This document shows, piece after piece, positions 50,051-61,600 of a DNA stretch of 64,000 nucleotides. Below the pieces are notes generated by a model. It saw nothing but the letters and a program-made list of their open reading frames with translations. It searched no databases and was not told where the DNA came from. Location: positions 248,001 to 312,000 of the forward strand of contig NW_025767491.1 of assembly GCF_003918875.1 (NCBI RefSeq). The letters run 5' to 3'. Numbering within the stretch: the first letter of the stretch is position 1; each line of letters begins with the position of its first letter. This DNA is from Haliotis rubra. Its lineage: Eukaryota. A program made the translations under genes and the position numbers.

Positions 50051-53000
50051 GTTTCCAGTACGAAACAAACAACGGTAAATAAGGGGTCTGTGGCACTATA
50101 CACATATAGCTGCTTCCTTCATCATAATTACATAACTTGATGTTAACCATACTGGCATACTTCATAGGAATCTTTGAAAAGGGAGTCTTAGGCTCATCTA
50201 GGTATAATTACTACGTGTGTGTAGTTTTATGCTGATGGACAGGCAAAAAGGGTATCGACTTCTCAGATATCCGGACATGAATATGTTCATGCGAATGAGT
50301 TCGAGATGGGGAGAGATAGCCTTGAAGATAATCAAAGATCAGGATAATCCTTAAACTGCTACCCCTAAACAAAGTGTCGATAAATTATACGATTATATGA
50401 TCGACGACACGCCACACTTCACCTAGCCAGTGTAGCAGGCATCTACAATGAGTCCAGTTGTAAGGATGAGCTGGACAAGACAAAGGTAGCAGAACACTGA
50501 GTCTAGATCTTCTGACAAGTGATGGTCATCGTTCTAGGTTTATCATCTGTCGCGAAGATTGAAGCCTTTTAAAGCAGGACCATCTGCTCTTTTCCGTGGT
50601 CTGTAAACAGAGAAGACTCTTTAGTTCACTACTAACCTGCCTGAAACATCAAAAGCTTCCTCCTCCGAAGAATAAGGAAAAGTCTGTTCCGTCAGCATGG
50701 GATGGCGTCGGTCTTCTGTTGTTCAGAAGGAACATTTGGACTACCTTTCGAAAGGCCAAACCATTAATAGCCAATGATATACTTATCTGCTAAGGCATCT
50801 TAGAAATTTCAGGGTTACACTTCTTGGCAAAGTCACTTAGAGGTGTGTTGTTCAAATGGATGTCTGTTGGCGCCGTGACTGCAAGAATGACAGTGACTGT
50901 AAACTCGTTTAACTTCGTTCGTATTTAAAATTTCCATATCTCCTCAAACTCGGAGAGAACTGTTCGTCAAGCATTGGGTGGGGTCGGGTGGGGTTTATAT
51001 CAGGACGACGCCTTTAAATCCGCTGGCAGGACGTTTGTTGACCTCAGAGGGGATTATGTTTAAAAAAGATAATTAGCGGCCAACTCCATCAACGCAGTTA
51101 AACATTGGCTCAAAACGTTTCAACCACCATTCGTATGTACATGCCAACCCCAAAAACGTTTTATAGATACTAAGGGTATTTTTAAATGAATGCCAGTCGG
51201 TCAGATATCAGTGTGGTATATGCACGTAATTTAGATTGTAATAAGTTACACATTACAAAGTAGCACGAGCGTCATCCTCAACATCATTATCAAAGCACAA
51301 CGTTATAGCAACGTCTTCCTCGATTAATCGTGCTCCTGGTTTACGTTCAGTGACCTTGTTGTGGGTCTTTTTGTGGCCATCTTTGACACTTACTGAAGAA
51401 GTACACATTTCACGACATTATGGTAAGTACGTAGATATAAAAGTGGATAGTGTTGTCTTAGCTCACGCATTATTTGTGGCACTGCATCATGTGTACCATA
51501 TTTAGATATCTGCATAAAGATTCAGTGTTACAAAAAAACCAAAACTTTATCCATACGAGGGATCCATTTTCCCTTTATTTCAAGCAATATTCCAACAGCC
51601 TTTTAGCCTTTGGTGTCCTCATTTCACTTTTGACATATAATCGAACATGCTCTTTTTACCAAGATTTCAAAGCCCACCATAGAATTCTTCAAAAGGTGTT
51701 CGAGCAATGTTATAACTTTCCTCAGCAAAGCATTCGTAATTTTTTGGGGAGACATTTGGAGGGCGTTTCAACCTTTGCCGCATCAGTGAAAAAATGATAT
51801 CCGATACACTTCCCTATTTTGACTTATCTCATAATGTTCCTGATATTTTTCAGGTGAACAACGGACTAGCCTTGGCATATGTTTATGGCAGAATACGCGA
51901 ACATGTGGTATAATAAGTGTTTTAATAGTAATGCAGTAACAAATGCTCAGGGTATGGGCGGAATTGTAATCTCAACTTTACTTTTAACCGATATATATTT
52001 GCTGTGGAAAGGGTTTTGTCGCATTCATGGGCCGAATAACAAAAGTAGATAATTCTTCCGTTCTTCCGATTTCTATTTTAAACTTTGTTCCGTTGAATAC
52101 TTTAGAAACAGTCAAGAAATATACACATCAACAAAAATTGTTGTGATGGACTATTTGTTCAGTACGAACAGTGAATCTGAACACGATATACCAAGTCATA
52201 AATTGCAGATATTCATTAAATAGTTCTGGTACAAGAAAAGAAAAACAGCAACATATTTTAGAAGATCATTTCGGAAAACAACCCGAAAGTTTCTACTTTT
52301 GGTTTCAGTTGCTCCTAAACAATGTTCACTGTATCAAACTTCTGATGGCATGGTAATAATTCACAAAAACTGATCTTTGTGTACATAAATTTCATTCCCA
52401 GTAATGTCTGTTTCATAAATTCTGAATGGACAAATATTCTGAGATGTTGCTTCACCAATATGTTACACTGTCATTTGATAATAAACAAGAAATCCTTTAA
52501 AGAGAAACTGCACAATATTATTTTGAAAATCGCACCATTTGTTACATTTCAAATGTTTCAACTTTTGTAAGTAATCCTTCTGATGCAATCCGGTGACGCG
52601 CGGACGTCATAGAAAGCAATTACTCTAGCGGACGTCATAGAAGCCAATCTAAACAGACGTAATACTTTAGGAAGATGATTAAAAGGGAAATAACAGAAGC
52701 GTTTTACTTGTATAAAAGAAAATCGCCTCCTCATAACCCGAAGAAAGGTTTGAACACGTAGCAGTGTGGACTGAGTCTAAACAAGCTTGCGCCACTTCCG
52801 GATACGACTTCCGTCGATGAAAGTATAAAACTAACAAGATGTTTCTAAGCCTAGCACATCCCAAATTAGCGCCCAACCTTGTGCTGCACTTCTCTGCTAC
52901 ATTTTAAATACATTTGTAGAATACGCTCACAAGCTGGCTGATGGAGTTTTCTGAGCACAACTATTTTGACCAGAGTGCAGATATATATAATCCGTATGTG

Positions 53001-53249
53001 ACGCTTCTCATGCAAGATACATCTGTCCTCTAACGTTTTGTGTACCGTCAGAATATCTATTTTCTAATTGTTTTGACTTCTTATTTCATCATTTCTTGCA
53101 CAAACAAAAGAATATTTCCATGTTTGTCTTTTTTGTGTCTAAAGTTTTCACTTAGTTTAAATGGACATATCCCCCGGTTTAAGTATCAACTATTCACAAT
53201 ACATCCATGCACAGCTATTACAACTAGTCAATATAACATAGTAGCATAA

Positions 53250-53413
53250 GGGGCGGTGGGGTAGCCTAGTGGTTAAAGCGTTGGCTCGTCACGCCGAAGA
53301 CCCGGGTTCGATTCCCTACATGGGTACAATATGTGAAGCCCATTTCTGGTGTTCCCCGCCGTGATATTGCTGGTATATTGCTAATAGCTGGGTAAAACTA
53401 AACTCACTCACTC
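53250..53413 (+). mobile_element. SINE family A, full length
   Basis: 14-bp TSD ACATAGTAGCATAA; head GTCACGCCGAAGACCCGGGTTCGATTCCC resembles tRNA-Asp(GTC). Confidence 0.9.
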
Positions 53414-53780
53414 ACATAGTAGCATAAAACATAATTATGTTGTCGAAACGACATACATCAAGTAATTACTAAAGACATTCACAGTTTATCATGATTAAGA
53501 TGATTGAACCGTGCAGTCAAAACAGGCAAGTAAGACGCTACAACCATACATAATAATGCATGGAACTGGCACCATGCGTCGTGATCTTTTACATGTAAAC
53601 ATGGTACCAATGTATCTTGTTGGCGCAAAGAATACAGTGTATAATATTAAGTGACGGCATAGTCACCCAAAAGAAAATGGGTACCCGGTTGGATAAAGTC
53701 ATGTGACAATAACCTTCTAGCGCCTAACAGGCGGCTTGGGTTATCCGGGGTAATAATAATCAGGGTGTTACCGGTTTGAA

Positions 53781-53947
53781 GGGGCGGCGGGGTAGCCTAA
53801 TGGTTAAAGCGTTGGCTCGTCACGCCGAAGACCCGGGTTCGAATCCCCACATGGGTACAATGTGTGAAGCCCATTTCTGGTGTCCCCCTCCGTGATGTTG
53901 CTGGAATATTGCTAAAAGCGGCGTAAAACCAAACTCAGTCAGTCAGT
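53781..53947 (+). mobile_element. SINE family A, full length
   Basis: A/B boxes, CGGTTTGA direct flanks. Confidence 0.85.
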
Positions 53948-54072
53948 TAGCGGTTTGAGCATGCTTTGTTGCGTGGAGATTAGCGCATTATAAGACTTAT
54001 TATTATTATTATTATTATTATTATATTCTGCTGCAACCATCCCTACAACCTCCACTTATTTACATGACTGAC

Positions 54073-54309
54073 ACCCATGATGATCCGGGTTAGAATTGGT
54101 CTTCAGGAACCCATGCTTGTCGTAAGACGCGACTAAAGGGATCGGGTGGTCAGGCTCGCTGACTTGGTTGACACATGTCATCGTATCCCAATTGCGTAGA
54201 TCGATGCTCATGATGCTGATCACTGGTCGAGACTCGATTATTTACAGACCACCACCATACAGCTGGAAAGTTGCTGAGTGCGGCGTTAAACAACAAACAA
54301 ACTCACAAA
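54073..54309 (+). mobile_element. Family C
   Basis: ACATG(A/G)CTGACA direct flanks. Confidence 0.8.
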
Positions 54310-55567
54310 ACATGGCTGACATCTTTCACGACATTTCTTCACAATAAAAACGTTTGACATACATTCCAAAGTAGGTATGTGTTTCGGTTCTGAATAATTC
54401 TGTTAAATAAATATTGTAGTAGACGTGATTTCCAGGTAAGTCCTTTACCTTTGAACATATATTGAACGACTGACAGAGGCCATTTAACTGATGAAAAAAA
54501 TGTAGGAGTTTCCAGAATTAGCAAATCCTCTGCATTTTGGGACTTCCATGACAGTATTCCCAGCCAGACGAAATGAAATGCTGGTCGGGGATTATTTCTG
54601 TTAAAACCCGACTATTCGGTGTCAAACACGCAATGTCCACACAAGGCTCTTTACAGGTTATGACCAACACTGGTGGACAATGTCGTTAACATCGCTGGCC
54701 TCGCGAGGAGGACGTGATGGCAAGTATTGGTTTAGGCCAATACAAGTTAAATAGTAGGTTCTCCTTATTGTGTTTGTTGTGTGGTGTTCCCATGCAGTGA
54801 GTGAGTGAGTTGTTCCTAGGCAGCAATTCTCTTAAAATTATGCAAACTGTTTATAACAGTCAACACATTCTGTTCGTTGTCCGATGCACAATTCAACAGT
54901 GATATAATTTCTCATTTATTGACACTTATTGAGTTTTGTAACTTTGTCAGGGAACAGGATTGTTTCATATTGTTTCATACGAAACTCAGCAGTTCTGTGT
55001 CTGCAGTTCTGTGTCATTTTTTGACAGTAATGAATACTATTCCTATGAAATATCTCGCCCACATAAAGTCCCTACATTGGACATCAAGACTTGAGAAGTG
55101 TATTTATGTGTATAGGCGATATCTACATGCGAAAGCAAATCTTTCTATGTTCATATAAAACATTGTTTTTCACTTGTTTTTTGCAACAACGGGGTACAGT
55201 TTTATGTAGTATTTTTCAAATAACAGGATCATGAATCCAGAATGTATAAACAGATGCGTGATTAACATGCTGATGTTTCTGCAGTTGTGTCCAACGAGAG
55301 ATGATCCTGACACACGAAACAAAGTTTTGAATTGTCTTGGCCTTGGGAGCGTAGATGTAGTCCCTAGTTATTCCACATACCAAGTAGGAAGATGTTTGGC
55401 TGTATAGAAACAAATGTGTGAAGTGTGGTGGTGATTGGACACATCGTTCCCGGTGGTTCTACATACCAAGCAAGTCAGTTGTTGTTTGGCTGCAGAGGTA
55501 ACAGGATACCCTTTGTCTTGCTTTATCACGTGGATGTGTGCTGTGGTAGCACGAGAGTTCGTGCAGG

Positions 55568-55604
55568 ATGTTGATGTCATTAACAGGAATTATTGTGATT
55601 ACAG
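55568..55604 (+). CDS. MAM protein exon 1 (signal peptide MLMSLTGIIVIT)
   Basis: CAG|GTAAGA phase-1 donor; continues as GLAVVCDA. Confidence 0.75.
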
Positions 55605-58600
55605 GTAAGACAAACCATACAATGTGTTCAAATGGCTGACCACTTACCTTCCCTCTCTTGCAGGTTTCACATTTCTGCAATGATCAGTTGCGTACGTTCA
55701 GTTATACTTTCAATGATTGGAGAAAAATATATTTAAAATTGCAAGACAATGTGACTTTGAGAACGTCCCTGACCATACACATGTAGGTTATTTTGATCAA
55801 ATGTTTATGTTGTCATTATTTGCTTATTAACTATTTTTACAGATAGCACAGGAGCGGATACAGCTTTTTAGAAAGGCGGGGTGCAAGGGAAAAGGCCGCA
55901 TTTTTCCGGGTCATTTAATAAACTTTCAGGACAAGGGGCACCCTGCAAACCTCCACCCCACCTCTCTGGATCCGCCTATGTAATTAATAACAATTACCCT
56001 TTCCATTAATGTATCTCCGTTTGTTATTTCTGTTTAAGCATTAAACATAGTACGATTAGGTATCCAAAGTTAACGATAGTACTCCAGCCTTCCTATAGTA
56101 TATAGTGGCCAGGAACTATAATTGCTTGAGTTAATTTTCAATATTTAGATTTCCACGTGCATCTATAGGGAAATAACTGGCACATTTGAGTTGTGTTTAT
56201 TACATAACACCGCACTCAGCAATAATCCAGGTATATGACTGCGGTCTGTATAGAATCGAGTCTGGACCAGACAGTCCAGTGATTGACGTCATGAGCATCG
56301 ACCCACGCAATTGGGATACAATAACATCAACCACATCAACTAGCTGGACCAAAAGACACCGTCACGACAAGCATGGGTTGCTGAACACAACTTTAGCCCT
56401 GGGTGAAAAATAATAATAAAAATGTTGATGATTGTAACGTTCGAATAACAAGCTAGTGTACAGTAATCTTCTGTGATGTTCTGTGTCTTACATTCATGGT
56501 ATATGTTTGTAGGACTTGCCGTAGTTTGTGACGCCACCGTCGAGTGCGATTTCAACGACGGTAACCTGTGCCAGGACTGGAACCAAGGAATCGACGACAT
56601 CATTGATGAATTCGACTGGTCAGTTGGATTTAGCCGAGGTCAGCTGTCCGACTCCGACACCAACTCGACAAACATTACGCAGAGTATGTAAATATAAGCT
56701 GCAAAACCCTAGACATTATGAAAAATATACATGCTAAAAGCCTTTGCAGAATTCCTACTTAAACTAACGCTTAAATAAATAAAGGAGCCCCAGTGAGATG
56801 GGAGTTCACAACCTGATGCAATGTACGCCTGCTTCATTTAGGGCTTTAGCATTGCAGAAAGGGAGGGGAGGGAAGAAAAAAACTTGACACACAGTCTGAT
56901 GGGTCCGACCCCATGTATACAAAATTAGACTAATGTTTAGTCCCTGAATATATATGATTTTGATAGCAACTAATAATCACATTTAAACTGAAAAGGATCC
57001 CCAGTGAGATGTGAGATTCTGAACCTGAGGAAATCTAGACTTGCTTCATTTAGGGCTTTAGCATTGCAGGGAGGGCTAGGCAGTAGGGATATTAATGTGG
57101 TTCAGGGACTGTGAGACTTACTATATTCCATATATATCATAGCATGTGTTCATTAATAGTGATGAAACGAGTTGATCTCTATAGAAGGTGTTCGCATCTT
57201 GTAAGACCGATGGCACCGGTCACGATCAAGTATCGATTACTTGTTATTGTTATAATAGGGGTGATGTTTTCTGTACAAATAGTATTGCAGCAGGTAAACA
57301 CGCTAGTTTGATATGGCTGCAATATTGGTATTGCTGCTGTCTCAGTATTATGATAATTTCATGTGAACACCTTTACCTTTCAACAATGCTTACAAGTGTC
57401 TTGTATACCGTCGTTGCAGGACACGCTTGTCAGTGATTCTCAGTGATCCATTCATTTAATTTTCACCGATATTTGGTCTTTGTGGTTTTGGGGGGTTAAT
57501 GGTTATTTTCTGGCCATGACGTCTTATGTTTGCTTTTGGTAACACACATACACAGAATGTCAAACTGTCCATGAGTCAGACCCGGCATAGCTTCAGAGAT
57601 TACGGATAGTTCGGGAACTGTGGGAGACACGGCCATTTACCTGCTGAAAACAAATAGAGTTGATGTGTTTTTGGAAACATACATGCCTTGTGAAGGAAAG
57701 TGCATTTGGGAGGAAAAAGAATGGAGTATTTCATGTATGAGTTATTACTCTCGGTACCTTCATGACGTTAAATACGTTTCACTTGCTTCGTCGTAATGGT
57801 GTCCGAAAAGGACAATAGCGATGTTCTGTTTAATTGGTATTTTAGAAGTTGATGAATAATAAGAAAGGTAAGATATTTTAAGGATGACAACTTCTTTATC
57901 ATCTCATGATGCGACGTTTCAGTATAGGTTCTTATACCGCTGTCGAGCAAAAGTGAACTACGACAGCACAGAATTGTCGCCACATTATTGTCTATATCCA
58001 TTGCTGCTGTTCGTGTTAATCCCTTTGATGCACACCCTCATGTTGTTTTACTTAATCCCTGTTTGATGTCTGTTATGCGCTGTAGTACTTCACTGAGTTT
58101 AACTTTATGCCTCTTGTTGCATTAAGCGAACTAAATCATACCAAAGTGGTATTCACGTTAATTGCATGAAGATACTTATTTTACAAACAAAATGTTTGTG
58201 GTGTTGTTTCATTAACATTCTTTTGTGAGTTAGTTTTATGCCGCACTCAGCAATATTCCAGCTATATGGCGGCAGTCTGTAAATAATCGAGTCTGGACCA
58301 GACAATCCAGTGATCAACAGCATGAGCATCGATCTGCGCAATTGGGAACCGATGACATGTGTCAACCAAGTCAGCGAGCCTGACCACCCGATCCCGTTAG
58401 TCGCCTCTTACGACAAGCATAGGTTACTGAAGATCAATATTCTAACCCGGACCTTCACTGGTCTTAACATTCTTTAAAACGGTTTAGCCGCCAGTGAGGT
58501 ATTTAAGTCTTTTGTTGAACTTCAGACTTATAGAACATGACCTGAAGTCTTCGCGGTGTTAGAATCAGCACGTAGTGGTCAACTCGGATCTCTTGTAGAT

Positions 58601-61600
58601 CAGAAGCTAGGTCATGAATGACGTGGGGATTACAAGGATTGGGTTTTCAGAGCAATGTATGCGTACTGATCTACTCTTTGTCAAAATAAATGTCGTGTTT
58701 TATTTTCAACTAGCATATTTGCGTACCCTACAATCCAATTTGTATTAATTAAACCAATGCATAACAGTTTCAGATATTTAACGCGATGTACTTCGCCTGA
58801 ATAGAATAGCAGGCCATGAAATGTGGCTTGGAGATGAAGGTGTCCACAGCATCACAATAAACACGCCCAGTCATTGGACATTTGTCTTGCACCAGAACAC
58901 ATCGTTAATGTACATGTGCGCGGCTATCCTGTGCCACATGTCTCTATCTATGAATTGCCTACTGATAGCAATATTGTTCATTATCTGCATGTAAATCAGT
59001 ATGATTATTGTGAACATTATTGTCGTCATTACTACCTATGCTTTACTGGGGCGGTGGCATAGTCTAGTGGTTAAAGCGTTCGCTCGTCACACCGAAGACC
59101 CGGGTTCTATTTCATACACGGATACAATGTGTGAAGCCCATTTCTGGTGTCCCCCGCTGTGATGTTGCTGGAATATCATGGGAGGCACAAATAGCCCATA
59201 TGTCTTATTACTGTAATTGTGCAGTTACATCTCTTGTATTGCCTTGAGCTGCTTATCGAGGGTTCGAATCCAAGATTCGACCTATTATGATCATTCTGTC
59301 AGCACCATATGAAACCTTTGGACATTTCTGCCACAAAAGACGCTATACTAAACTCTTTCACACATTTTGCTATGTAGAGATATCTTATCCAACAATGAAA
59401 TTATGTCATAATTTTGAATTGTCCTTTATCCTACAGTCGGAGACTATTTCTTCTACATGGCTACAACAGACCGGTCGCCCAATCACAGAGCTGTATTTGC
59501 ATCCCCTGTCATGACGTCACCAGACGGTCATGTGAACATCACGTTCCTCTACTGTATGTTTGGGGACCACACCCAAAGTCTCAGTGTCTTTATCAAGGAT
59601 ATGTCTTTAGTCTCGTATGAGTCCGAGATTTGGTCACGTGACGGCAAGGATGCGGACGTGTGGACATCAGTTATTGAACGCGCGAATGTCACAGGTCCAT
59701 TCAGGGTGAGAACAACAGGATGGGTTTTTAAAAATAGTATATGTATGTTACTGTACTTGTGTACCCCTCTCTGTCTAATCATGTTCCTATATATTTATCA
59801 CACTCTTCGTCTTTGTATATGCTTATATATTTATCACCCTCTCTGTCTATTCGTCTCTGTATGTTCCTATATATTTATCACCCTCTCTGTCTATTCGTCT
59901 TTGTATGTTCCTATATATATACCACACTCTGTGCCTATTCATCTTTGTATGTTCCTATATATATTTATCTCACTCTTCGTCTTTATGTGTTCTTATATAT
60001 TTATCTCACTCTCTGTCTATTCGTCTTTGTATGTTCCTATATATTCATCACACTCTCTGTCTGTTCGTCTTGTATGTTCCTATATATTTACCTCCCTCTT
60101 TGTCTATTCGTCTTTGTATGTTCCAATATATTTACCTCCCTCTCTGCCTATTCGTCCTTTTATGTTCCTATATATTTATCACCCTCTCTGTCTATTCGTC
60201 TGCGTATGTTCCTATACATTTATCACCCTCTCGGTCTAATTGTCTAATTGTGTCAGAGTGCTTCGTCTCTTTGACAAAGTATGTTCCTATATATTTATCA
60301 CCCTCTCTGTCTAATTGTGTCAGAGTGCTCTTATAGTGCTTCGTCTCTTTGACAAAGTATGTTCCTATAAATATGTTCCTTGGTGTGGTTTCCTCTTCAT
60401 CTGTCTCCTTCCGTCTATCCATATGCATTTACATCTGTCCACTATTCATGCTCACATCTATAGACGTTTCTTTACAATTGCTTGTCTATGTCTGTTCCAC
60501 TGTGTATGTCCATGTTCCTTTATAAGTCCCCATGGCCCCTAGTATGGTGATCTACCTTCATCTATATCCCGTTTTTACATTGTCTTGCTATTGCTAGTTA
60601 AACTGTTTTAGATTTAGTTACTAGCTTTAAATGGATACCTGTGATACCCTAGTAGTTTTACTGTTCTTCGTCAACAGGCTTTTATTTTTAATTTTATTGA
60701 TCTATAATATACTTATTAATTGTTCTCGTCACGATATGGCTGAAATATTGCCGATGTGACGATAAATATTAACTCACTCACTCACTCATGTTCCTTTACG
60801 TCTCTATAGCTTCGGGGCGGTGGGGTAGCCTAATGGTTAAAGCGTTGGCTCGTCACGCCGAAGACCCGGGTTCGAATCCCAACATGGGTACATTGTGTGA
60901 AGCCCATTTCTGGTGTCCCCCGCCGTGATGTTGCTGGAATATTGCTAAAAGCGGCGTAAAACCAAACTCACTCACTCACTCTATAGCTTCGTGGCTGTCT
61001 CTCTTTAAGTACTAGTATTCATCTGTTCCATTGGTTTATTGTTCTAACATTTAGCACAGTAGGGGTAGTCTGTGAGGGTTACCTGTTCGCTTGTCTCCCT
61101 GCAGACCCGGGTCATCGAACGGGAACAGTATGTGGAGCATGTTCTCGCTAACCTTCCAGTGGCAGGGGTATTGTATAAAGAAATCTTCACGCTCACGCTG
61201 TTTCTCTTCAGGTGATTTTCCAGGGGAAGGTGGGGAAGGGGTCAGCAGCCATTGCCGTGGATGACATCCTCATCGACAACGCAGGTAAATAAAACATCCA
61301 TGCTTGCAAACAACTAAATCGGGACTTATAGAAGCCCATAAACTTGTTGAAAATGTAGGCTTGCTTCATTTACGTTTATAACATGATAGGGGCGGTTGGC
61401 CGGTAGCCTAGTGGTCAAAGTGTTCGCTCGTCACGCCGAAGACATGGGTTCGATTCTAGACACGGGTTCTGAACCCATTTCTGGTGTCCCCCCGCTGTGA
61501 TGTTGCTGGAATATTGCTAAAAACGGCGTATACTCACTATAACATGATAGTAGAGGCAGGTTGAAGAGAAAGGATATATTAACTATACAGTTAACTTATA

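Noticed and set aside
51440-52570. Possible decayed coding sequence on the minus strand
   Set aside because: Multiple stops and no motif I can recognise; needs a translated search.
53250-53325. tRNA-Asp gene
   Set aside because: The acceptor stem does not close, and the sequence continues into a SINE body with tail and TSD; many dispersed copies.
59706-60336. 260-, 168- and 143-aa hydrophobic ORFs
   Set aside because: Read-through from MAM exon 3 into a 44-bp intronic minisatellite past a good donor.
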